This document shows positions 45,591-53,568 of a stretch of 64,000 nt of DNA, piece after piece. Within the stretch, counting starts at the first letter, position 1; every line of letters begins with the position of its first letter. The translations under genes and the position numbers were made by a program. Source of the DNA: a virus; IMG/VR virus record IMGVR_UViG_3300031994_000034. The stretch is one strand, 5' to 3'. The notes beneath the pieces were generated by a model. It was given only the letters and a program-made list of their open reading frames with translations, was not told where the DNA came from and ran no database searches.

Positions 45591-45690
45591 GTACTCGGAA
45601 TACTCGGAGGACTCAGAAAACTCAGAGTACTCGGAAAACTCTGAATACTCGGATTACTCGGAATACTCTGAGTACTCCGATTACTCCGAA
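45587..45690. repeat. Eleven tandem 9-bp TACTCGGAA-type words
   Basis: ctgagTACTCGGAATACTCGGAGGACTCAGAAAACTCAGAGTACTCGGAA... Confidence 0.85.
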
Positions 45691-45737
45691 AACAAAAAAG
45701 GCAGCCCGTCAGGACTGCCTTTTTTCTCCACTCTCAC

Positions 45738-46034
45738 CTACACCCTCAGCACGAAGTCGTCCGCCCTGAGGATGCAGCAGTCGCGCAGCCGCCGTGTCTG
45801 GCCGCTGGCCGTGAACTGCACCAGCCGCGAGGGGAACGCCCCCGGCCCATCGACATCCACCGCCACCGTCACGCATTCCTCACCCAGGATGCAGTCGCCG
45901 TTCGATGCTGCCACATACCACACCTTCCACGGTACCCGTTCATCTACCATCGCCCACTTGCCGTTCACCTTTTGCCGCGCCTGCCTGGTGCGCTCCGCCA
46001 CCATTCTCAACTCAGATAATGCTAACTGTTTCAT
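45738..46034 (-). CDS. Hypothetical protein (98 aa)
   Basis: ATG 46034 (MKQLALSEL). Confidence 0.5.
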   Translation of the reverse strand: MKQLALSELRMVAERTRQARQKVNGKWAMVDERVPWKVWYVAASNGDCILGEECVTVAVDVDGPGAFPSRLVQFTASGQTRRLRDCCILRADDFVLRV

Positions 46035-46091
46035 GTTTCTATTTTTTTCTTCTCGCACAGATACCACAGATACCACAGATTTTTTATGGAA

Positions 46092-46577
46092 TCAGCCCAG
46101 CCCTTCGCCGCTGCCGCCCTGCGTGTCGCCGCCCGAGCTGGAGCCGCCCTGAGTCGTGCCGCTATCGGTATCGTCCTGGTTGTCGTCATCGTCAGGGTCG
46201 TCTTCGTCCGTGATGAGCTTCACACTCATCGCCTGGACTATCTCGCGCATCTTCACCGAGGCGCGGAACACCAGTTTCTTCCGCCTGATCTTCACGTCCG
46301 CCGCATCGTCCGCCGCCACCGTCGAGATGCTGGGCGACAGCGTACCGATACCCAGGTCCACCGACCGTCCGTCCTTAATCGCGTCCTCCACGGCCAGCAC
46401 CATGTAGCGCAGCACAATCTCTGCAGTCGCCTGCTGTAGTCCCGTCTCGTGACTGATTTCCTTAGCCAGCCGCTCCAGTGAGAACGGGTCCGCCAACCGG
46501 CGCCGGCCCACGAACTTCACTTCCTTCTCCTTGCCGAAGCCTATCTTCGCCTCGGACTTGACATAGTGCAATGCCAT
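46092..46577 (-). CDS. Bacteroidetes HU-like DNA-binding protein with acidic/Gly-rich tail
   Basis: LAKEISHETGLQQATAEIVLRYMVLAVEDAIKDGRSVDLGIGTLSPSI. Confidence 0.5.
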   Translation of the reverse strand: MALHYVKSEAKIGFGKEKEVKFVGRRRLADPFSLERLAKEISHETGLQQATAEIVLRYMVLAVEDAIKDGRSVDLGIGTLSPSISTVAADDAADVKIRRKKLVFRASVKMREIVQAMSVKLITDEDDPDDDDNQDDTDSGTTQGGSSSGGDTQGGSGEGLG

Positions 46578-46972
46578 AATTTTTCCGTTTTTTAATTATT
46601 AAAATTAGTTAAACCTATGTGACAAATCGGGCCTCGATGCCCAAAATACCGTTTCGCGCCCCTCAGAAGATGTTCATGTTGCTCGCGCAACACTCGAATG
46701 TTACCCCCGGTAATACTCGAATATTGTGCCGACAATACTCACATCTTCCAGCGAGACCATCCAAAAGATACACTTTCAACCGCCGCCCAGCAAGGGCGAA
46801 CTGAAGAGGGACAACTGAGTGTTGTCAATACGGGGTGATAATTTCACACAGATACCACAGATTACACAGATTTTTATGCTTTTCAACATAAAATAGAAAA
46901 TAGTTGGAGAAAGATTTGCACAGATAAAAAATGTATTATATCTTTGCAACCGAAAACAAGCTACAGCGGATT

Positions 46973-47488
46973 ATGGAAAGAAGAGAGATTAAACTACCTG
47001 TCACAAAATTGAAGGGTTATCTGAATGAGGTGGGCATCCCCGTCAAGGTGCTGGCAGAGATGGCCGACATCAATCCCGTGCATCTGTATAAGTGCTTGGC
47101 CGGGGAGGTGGACGAGCGTAATGGTTCTGTGCGTACTCTGAGCGACGAGAATGTGACACGTCTGCAGGAGGCTTTGCACCAATTTTCGCTCCGGCTAAAG
47201 TACATCTTTATATTTTATAATACCGACAAGGAGGTGCGCAAGCGGAATGGACGCTGCTACTGTCCCGACTGTGTGGAGCAGATTAAGACGCAGTTGGCTC
47301 CGTCGCTGAGCATTCTGCCGTTCATGCACTATGCGTTGGGGTGGAATCGTAGTAAGGTGCGCAATGTGATGGACTTCAAGAACAGCATCGCCTATGGCAA
47401 TATCAGTCGGGACGACGTGGACCGCATCAACGTGACGCTTGCCGAAGTCGCTACCCGGCTTGACATATTAACCCTGATAAAAGACTGA
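46973..47488 (+). CDS. Hypothetical protein (171 aa)
   Basis: ATG 46973 lies downstream of the -7 box TATCTTTG (46939-46946), which sits inside the longer track ORF. Confidence 0.55.
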   Translation: MERREIKLPVTKLKGYLNEVGIPVKVLAEMADINPVHLYKCLAGEVDERNGSVRTLSDENVTRLQEALHQFSLRLKYIFIFYNTDKEVRKRNGRCYCPDCVEQIKTQLAPSLSILPFMHYALGWNRSKVRNVMDFKNSIAYGNISRDDVDRINVTLAEVATRLDILTLIKD

Positions 47489-47520
47489 CTTCCTCTCTTT
47501 ATATATATAATAAGGTATAG

Positions 47521-47570
47521 GGCTTCGTTGCATACTTTTTATTGCAACGGAGCCTTTGTTTTATTTTTGG
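47521..47570 (+). terminator. Rho-independent terminator
   Basis: GGCTTCGTTGCA-[tactttttat]-TGCAACGGAGCC followed by TTTGTTTTATTTTT. Confidence 0.65.
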
Positions 47571-47639
47571 GGTTGCTATTATGTAAACACCATTCAACGC
47601 CTTTTCGGTTCCAGCCAAACCACTCTATACATGAAGCGC

Positions 47640-47990
47640 ACCCCGCGCCTCGCTCGGGGCCTCGGGTGGGTGCCGACCCCTTTTAGGGGTCGCATATATG
47701 CCGACCGACCGACCACCGACCAAGCAGCGCCCCACTCCCCATAGGGAGTGACCACCCACCGATGCCGACCCCCCTCCCTAATGCGCCCACCTAACGCAAG
47801 GCTAAGACAGCCCCAGAGGGGCAGTCTTAAAAGTCCGATTTGGTGGGTCGGTTGTCGGACTGGGCAGCAGGGTCGGCCATCCCCTCCATGAGGGGATGAT
47901 GCCTTATGGGGTCGGCAAGGTAGGACGGATTCGGGGCAACCCCATAGGGGTTGAGGTTAGGCTGGGGGTCGAAAGCTGCCGATGGCGTGG
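47640..47990 (+). ncRNA. Candidate structured RNA (nested GCCGACC / GGTCGGC arms with CCCC-loop-GGGG hairpins)
   Basis: TGCCGACCCC 47671-47680 is perfectly complementary to GGGGTCGGCA 47908-47917. Two further nested arm pairs. No credible ORF. Confidence 0.35.
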
Positions 47991-48145
47991 ACGCGCGCGA
48001 GGCCCCAACACTTTTTTAACATTCCGAAGAATGTTAAAACAAGTGTTAAAAAATATTTCCTCATGACGCGCGCCTCGGAGTCGTAACTTTGCAGCGGCAA
48101 TCGGCCAAAGACGGCCGACCCACTAACGATAAAATTTTCAATTTT

Positions 48146-48847
48146 ATGGCAACTCAAAATTCCAGCCGTGCCCTTAAGGGCAACACCGAGAGCAAGAACG
48201 CTGCAAAGCAAGTGAACAACCAGCCCGCAACCCGTAGGGTTGTCGAGACCCGAGCCATGTGGGATGTGATTTTCAATCACAGCGTCTCGCTGGTGGTGGC
48301 CTATGCACGTGGCCAGAAGCCGACCGACCCTCGCAAAGGCTTTGCCTTTGAAGCTATTGCGACCCAGCCCCACAGTCGAGCCTATGCACAAAACCTCCTC
48401 AGAGGTTTTGTGACAGGCAAGGCCGGCAAAGTCCTGAAGGACTTTGATGACCTATCCAAGGCCGAAAGCCGTGAGAAGATTGCTGTAGCAATCTTGCTCG
48501 ACTGCAAGTTGGCCAAGGAGGGCACCGAAGGTGCCAAGCGCATCTTGGGCAAGGCCACGCCCCAGCGTGAGAAGGCATTCGCCGAGGCAGTTCTTACAGA
48601 ACTGAGCAAACCTACCGAGCAGCCTACTACCCCCAAGGGGGGTAGGGCGAAGAAGTCCGACGACAAGGCTACTGCCCCTAAGGGCAGTAAGGCCAAGGGC
48701 GAGAGCAAGCCTAAGGCTACCACCCCTAAGGGTGGTAAGGCCAAGAGCGAGAGCAAGCCTAAGGCTACCACCCCTAAGGGTGGTAAGGCCAAGAGCGAGA
48801 AGGCAACTGCCCCTAAAGGGGCAAAGGCTAACGGCAAGGCCAAGTAA
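48146..48847 (+). CDS. Protein with histone-H1-like Lys/Pro/Ala repeat tail (233 aa)
   Basis: ttttATGGCAACT start after the TAACTTTG promoter (48084-48091). C-terminal repeats of KPKATTPKGGKAKSES. Confidence 0.65.
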   Translation: MATQNSSRALKGNTESKNAAKQVNNQPATRRVVETRAMWDVIFNHSVSLVVAYARGQKPTDPRKGFAFEAIATQPHSRAYAQNLLRGFVTGKAGKVLKDFDDLSKAESREKIAVAILLDCKLAKEGTEGAKRILGKATPQREKAFAEAVLTELSKPTEQPTTPKGGRAKKSDDKATAPKGSKAKGESKPKATTPKGGKAKSESKPKATTPKGGKAKSEKATAPKGAKANGKAK

Positions 48848-48883
48848 GTAAGCCTACGGCTTAACGGCCTACCCAGTACAGCC

Positions 48884-48912
48884 CTCACCCCTTAGGGGTG
48901 GGGGTTTTTTGT
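48884..48912 (+). terminator. Rho-independent terminator
   Basis: CACCCC-TTAG-GGGTG followed by GGGTTTTTT. Confidence 0.6.
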
Positions 48913-48927
48913 TGCCGTCCCGATACG

Positions 48928-49774
48928 TGGGCGGCCACACACGGCCTGGGCGCATAATGCACGCCCACGAATCGCGATCGCGCCCCCGTTCCTTGGGGGT
49001 AGGGTCTGGGGAGGGGGTCGCTGGGTGGACGCCCATAACGGCTTCGGAACGTGGACGGCCACGGCGCGACGGCATGGGCGTCCACCCGTCGCGACATCGT
49101 GGGCGTCCACATCGTCGCTGGTGGGCTTCCATTGTCGGGCTGGGCTTTGGCCGTCCACCTAAACGCGGAGTGGTCGCCCACATGAGGGGAGTGGCAGCCC
49201 CTAAACGCGAAACGACGTGGACGGCCATAACGCATGAACGTGGACTTCCACCTGACGGGAAAATGGACGGCCAGAGGTGCCTAATGGCCGCCCAACGTGG
49301 ACGGGTGTGGACGTCCATTGTGGAGGGTGGTGGTCGCTTATTGGCCGTCCATTGTGGACGGAAGTGGACGCAGGATGTGGGCAGGGGTGGGCGACCATCG
49401 TGGCCTTATCTGGCCGTCCACATTGGACGCGGGTGGTCGCCCATCGTGGACGAAGCTGGACGCTTATTGGCCGCCCATCGTGGGCGGAGGTGGGCGCAGG
49501 GTGTGGGCTTATTGGCCGCCCATCGTGGGCGGAGGTGGGCGCAGGGTGTGGGCTTATCTGGCCGTCCACATTGGATGCGGGTGGTCGCCCATTATGGACG
49601 CGGGTGGTCGCCCATTATGGACGGGAGTTGGACGGCCACCTATCCGCGTGTTGGACCCCCACCTAAAGGCGCAATGGACGGCCACGCGGGTGAAATGGCC
49701 GCCCACCTATTTGCGTTGGCCGCCCACCTGAAGCGCGCATGGACGCAGATGGACGCGCCTTAATTGGGCGCCCA
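48928..49774. repeat. Array of about 25 TGGNCGNCCA sites (~22-24 bp spacing), G-rich on the + strand
   Basis: Manual count of exact matches, for example 49052 TGGACGGCCA, 49075 TGGGCGTCCA, 49307 TGGACGTCCA, 49765 TGGGCGCCCA. Includes a perfect 45-bp tandem duplication at 49462-49551. Confidence 0.85.
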
Positions 49775-49975
49775 CACACGGTGGGCAAGCCTGCTAATCG
49801 CGCGAGTCCACGCGCAGGAAAAAATGAACTTTTTTTAACATCGTAGATGATTAAAAAAAGTCAATTTTGCGGACCGACCCCAAATTTGGAAAACCGATGT
49901 TCCGTGTCGTATATTTGCACTCGGTAACTCGCCACTGACGGCGAAGCCACAAACTCTCAAAATTCAAATCGCTTT

Positions 49976-50989
49976 ATGGCAACACGTAACGACAAGCGCA
50001 ATGGCGCAAACAACGCAACTCACGAGAACATGAACGCTGCAACGCAGCAAGTTGAGAACCGCAAGAACGGCAAGGCTCCTGCTGCCCCTACGCCCCAGGA
50101 TGGCACCCCCGTACCCGCAAAGCTCGAAGAGCTCGAAGCACGTCTGACCGAGAAGACCACCGCCCTTAACGAAGTTAAGAAGCAGTCGCAGAAGCTGTCC
50201 GAGAAACTCGCTAAAGCGAGAGAGGACGCTGACAACCAGCGTTACTGCGTAGCAGTAAGTCGTCAGAACTTGGGCACGGCTACGGAAGACGACCTCGCCA
50301 TCATCGCCAGCCGTAAGGCTGAGAACAACACGGCCGAGGGTTTGGCAAAGTTCTTTGCCAAGGAGTTCAAGGATAGCGACGAAGTCGCTAAGGCTCGTGA
50401 GGATGTCCGTGCCGAGGAGGGCTCTCTCGCTTCGGCTATAGCCGAAACCACTCGCCAGTGGAACAACGGCTACGCCGTTCTCTACGGCTCTATCGGCATG
50501 AACAAGCAGAGCTTGAAGTCCATCCCAACCCTGCTGAAATCGGCGGGTTTTAACCCCTTCCTCCAAGTTGCCACTGCCGACGGCCTAAAGGCCGCTACGG
50601 TCACTCGGACAGCCGTCCGCAAGAACGGCAAAGCCGTCAAGAAGGACGGCAAGAGGGTGTATAGATACACCCTCAGAGAGCGGACCAAGTGGTCGGCCTA
50701 TGGTCTCTTCGAGACTATAGAGCGCAACTTCCGGATGGCCGATGTGTACACCGAGGACGAACTGAAAGTTCGTATCGAACTCCTCAACACCCAAGTCAGT
50801 GCCCTAAAGGCACTGAAGAAGGCCAAGGAGGATGCCAAGTCGGACGTCCCCGAGGTAGCGGCTAAAGCCGCCGAGAGCGAGAAGGCTCTGGCCGATGCTG
50901 CTGAAGCAGCAGGTAAGGCCGTCAAGGAGAACACCAACGCCACCACCCAGCACACCACCAAAGGTGGTAAGGCCGAGAAGGTCGCTTAA
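49976..50989 (+). CDS. Hypothetical protein (337 aa), charged/coiled-coil rich
   Basis: ctttATGGCAACA start after the TATATTTG promoter (49910-49917). Confidence 0.65.
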   Translation: MATRNDKRNGANNATHENMNAATQQVENRKNGKAPAAPTPQDGTPVPAKLEELEARLTEKTTALNEVKKQSQKLSEKLAKAREDADNQRYCVAVSRQNLGTATEDDLAIIASRKAENNTAEGLAKFFAKEFKDSDEVAKAREDVRAEEGSLASAIAETTRQWNNGYAVLYGSIGMNKQSLKSIPTLLKSAGFNPFLQVATADGLKAATVTRTAVRKNGKAVKKDGKRVYRYTLRERTKWSAYGLFETIERNFRMADVYTEDELKVRIELLNTQVSALKALKKAKEDAKSDVPEVAAKAAESEKALADAAEAAGKAVKENTNATTQHTTKGGKAEKVA

Positions 50990-52040
50990 CGGCCTATAGG
51001 CCGCAGGGCTTACCGCAGTCGGTGCGGCTAACCCCAAGGGGTTAGGGTCGGTCCGAATCCGACTTGCCCACAATCCTGCACCCATAACGAGGCGTCTGCC
51101 TCGTTCAGCAGGCCGACGAGTTCCATCGGTTTCCCTTCGGGAAAGAGTGAAACCGAGCCTCCTGCCCCTAAAGGGGAGCCTCTTTAAGAGGTCGAGCCAA
51201 GTGCCCAGGCTGCTCCGACCTAAGGTCGGGTGGTGGATGGCTAAGACCATTGAACCCTATCAGGGTTCACAGTAGCGAAGCTGCTGCCTTGCTCTTTGAA
51301 ATGTTGAACGGCTTGTATCCCTGCGTTCCTTATTGGGCGAGCTTTGTCTGGTAGGGAGTTCCGCCAAGAGTCTATCAAGGTTGGCGGTATTGGGTGAAGT
51401 GTAAACAGGACGATGTGTCTATACGGCACGATACGACGGACGGCCATGCGCGGTAGTGGTGGCATAGGACGAGCCAGTAATGGCTCGGAGTAAAGACCCT
51501 ATCGGCATAAAGCAGCCGGACTAAAATGAGCGTATTGTGGACTGGAGATGCTACTGGACTGCACTTGCGAACTGTCGCAGGGTGGGGTGTCATCGGGAAC
51601 GGTGGCATGAGCGCCATACAAGTACGGACGGTGGGAGAGACCACAGAGTGACTGAGACGCTATACGGCTGGGTAGCGGGTGAACACGAGAGCGGTATGGG
51701 CAGTAGGAGACCTCGGCTATAAGACAGCGGTATGCCAACCTATTGGCGGTAATGAGTAGGCGGCGGGCAGTATTGCAACCCCGCGCTATCAAGTAGGAGC
51801 AATCGGCAATTTTGGACGTTACCAAGAATTGACGGAGGAGGAGTGCGAAATGGCGGAAGTCCGCCTGTCTGCACATAGCCGCACAAGTCTGTGAGGCACG
51901 CGAATCTCAACGCTGGGCACGGGTGTCCGGCGCGACTTGGCTATTGGCAACAAGACAGCGGACGGAATGGGCTATTATGGGCGTGCTATGCATCTGCGTA
52001 GTTTCGCTTGGGGTTCGAGTCCCCACACCCCACAAACGGA
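50990..52040 (+). ncRNA. Candidate large structured RNA (~1 kb) ending in a T-arm-like hairpin
   Basis: No credible ORF. A dense series of short perfect hairpins. TGGGG-TTCGAGT-CCCCA at 52009-52025. CACCCCAC 52026-52033 is complementary to GTGGGGTG 51582-51589. Confidence 0.4.
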
Positions 52041-52137
52041 ATTTTGAGTCTGCTATGGGCGGTCGTCGTGACGACGTTTGGCTATCTGCACGCCCATATT
52101 GTGCGAACATTATTATCCACACTATAAAGTTAAAACG

Positions 52138-52335
52138 ATGGCAAGAGAAACCACTATCGGGAAAGTACACGAAGGAGACTTTGTGCGCTTTCGTGACACC
52201 GACACGGCTCCCGTGTGGGTGCGCCAACACTACGACCGCAGCAGCCGGACCTATTCGCTCTGCAAGTACGACGATGCTAACCACGAGCGTTTCTGCAAGG
52301 GGACGCAAAAATGTTACGTCGATTTCGACTTCTGA
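52138..52335 (+). CDS. Hypothetical protein (65 aa)
   Basis: acgATGGCAAGA start context. Confidence 0.55.
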   Translation: MARETTIGKVHEGDFVRFRDTDTAPVWVRQHYDRSSRTYSLCKYDDANHERFCKGTQKCYVDFDF

Positions 52336-52338
52336 CCT

Positions 52339-52500
52339 ATGGCTATTGTACTTGAACTGCGCCCGAAGTATCAGGAACTGCGGGCGAAGGAAACCTACAC
52401 TCGCGAGGAAGTCTTGGACATCCTCTGCGAGTTTGCGAAATCTGTCTATCCCGACATCGCACCTGAACGCATTCGGGAAATCGTTATCAACAACTTCTAA
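52339..52500 (+). CDS. Small hypothetical protein (53 aa), below the track threshold
   Basis: My translation: MAIVLELRPKYQELRAKETYTREEVLDILCEFAKSVYPDIAPERIREIVINNF*. ctATGGCT start, 3-nt gap. Confidence 0.5.
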   Translation: MAIVLELRPKYQELRAKETYTREEVLDILCEFAKSVYPDIAPERIREIVINNF

Positions 52501-52514
52501 ATTTTAGAGAACCT

Positions 52515-52697
52515 ATGAAAAATTTAAAGCTTGCGGGCACTATCTGTGCCTGCATCGGGCTGGCACTATGTACCGGCTCGTCGATTATGAGCGGCATCCT
52601 TGCCGTCTCATTCCTCGGCGTGGCCGTCGTGTGCCTGAATGCAGGTGCACGTAGTGCACATGCCTCCGAACGCAACGCGCTGCAGCAGGCAGCGTAA
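52515..52697 (+). CDS. Small membrane protein (60 aa)
   Basis: Two hydrophobic spans. Confidence 0.5.
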   Translation: MKNLKLAGTICACIGLALCTGSSIMSGILAVSFLGVAVVCLNAGARSAHASERNALQQAA

Positions 52698-52709
52698 ACT
52701 CTATCATGT

Positions 52710-52768
52710 CACACAGATTACACAGATCACACGGATTTCTTTCTGTGTTATCTGTGCTATCTGTGTGA
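52710..52768 (+). repeat. Inverted nonamer-word hairpin (CACAGATNA x3 / loop / TNATCTGTG x3)
   Basis: cacacagattacacagatcacacggatttctttctgtgttatctgtgctatctgtgtg. Confidence 0.75.
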
Positions 52769-52806
52769 ACTTATCCCAAAAACTCAATCATTCAAAATTC
52801 AAAATT

Positions 52807-53007
52807 ATGGCAACCAAGAAAACTATGGCAAGCACCGCCAAGAAGCGTGCAACTATCATCGCTATGGCCGCTATCGCAGGGGCAAGTGTATCACAGACAA
52901 CTGCAGCCGCACGTCAGGCCCTGGCCGACATGCGCAATCAGGGTGACCTCGGGCACGTCTATTCCGTGCAATACACATGGGATCCCTTCGACGGGATGCT
53001 GGCGTAA
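52807..53007 (+). CDS. Hypothetical protein (66 aa)
   Basis: aaaattATGGCAACC start. Confidence 0.55.
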   Translation: MATKKTMASTAKKRATIIAMAAIAGASVSQTTAAARQALADMRNQGDLGHVYSVQYTWDPFDGMLA

Positions 53008-53013
53008 TTTATC

Positions 53014-53072
53014 TCACACGGATTCCACGGATGACACGGATTTCTTTCTGTGCTATCTGTGTTATCTGTGTG
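53014..53072 (+). repeat. Inverted nonamer-word hairpin with G-U wobbles
   Basis: cacacggattccacggatgacacgga / tttcttt / ctgtgctatctgtgttatctgtgtg. Confidence 0.75.
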
Positions 53073-53093
53073 AACTAAAACTCAAAAAAAACT

Positions 53094-53279
53094 ATGGCAA
53101 AGAAACTATCATGGGACGAAGCACTGCAAAGGTTGCTTCGTGGCGAAAGTGTGAACGCCGCCCGCATCAGTGAGGGTGGCGTCTGCTATCTGCGCCACCA
53201 GGCATGGGCGCACGGCTATCGCCTGGAGGACAGTGGCATCTTTGAGTACAGAACCTATTCATTCACTAAAGCGGCATGA
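53094..53279 (+). CDS. Hypothetical protein (61 aa)
   Basis: aactATGGCAAAG start context. Confidence 0.55.
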   Translation: MAKKLSWDEALQRLLRGESVNAARISEGGVCYLRHQAWAHGYRLEDSGIFEYRTYSFTKAA

Positions 53280-53282
53280 ACT

Positions 53283-53564
53283 ATGGCAACAATATCAAAG
53301 GAGCTGAAGGGCTATATCCAACGGGAAGTGGAAGCCCTGTGGCACGCTCGCTGCGACAGTGCAGCGGGCACGGGATGGGGACGCTCGTATGGCGTACCAC
53401 GCGAGAAATTCGCACTGCACAAGGCCGGCATCCGCGTCAAGGAAAACAGCGTGGAGCAGGACGGGCGGAAGTTGGCTATCATACACCGCCGCTATGCCCA
53501 GCGCAAAGTGAACCTATACTATCGTGAACTGAAACCTACTATCGAATGGCTGGAGGCCGCATAA
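53283..53564 (+). CDS. Hypothetical protein (93 aa)
   Basis: aactATGGCAACA start context. Confidence 0.6.
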   Translation: MATISKELKGYIQREVEALWHARCDSAAGTGWGRSYGVPREKFALHKAGIRVKENSVEQDGRKLAIIHRRYAQRKVNLYYRELKPTIEWLEAA

Positions 53565-53568
53565 GACT

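Noticed and set aside
45316-46152. 278-aa + strand ORF containing SEYSEYSEDSENSEYSE
   Set aside because: It runs through the stop of 44970..45590, the nonamer array and the antisense of 45738..46034. Its composition is driven by the repeat and by GC-rich antisense sequence.
48909-49763. Long ORFs across the TGGNCGNCCA array (48909..49763, 49277..49666, 49297..49731, 48869..49318 and others)
   Set aside because: They are open in several frames and on both strands simultaneously. They encode monotonous GRP/W-rich repeats dictated by the DNA repeat and have no start context. They are artefacts of repetitive G-rich DNA.
48928-49774. CRISPR array
   Set aside because: The repeat unit is a 10-bp site at ~23-bp spacing with degenerate 'spacers' that are themselves repeated. 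There are no 28-37-bp direct repeats, no unique spacers and no cas genes. The same reasoning applies to the 7-bp and 9-bp word arrays (for example 44599-44788 and 45587-45690).
52009-52035. tRNA or tmRNA gene
   Set aside because: Only a T-arm-like hairpin (TGGGG-TTCGAGT-CCCCA) is present. No cloverleaf can be drawn from the ~75 nt upstream. No tag-peptide-like reading frame ending in ..ALAA and no encoded CCA end were found.
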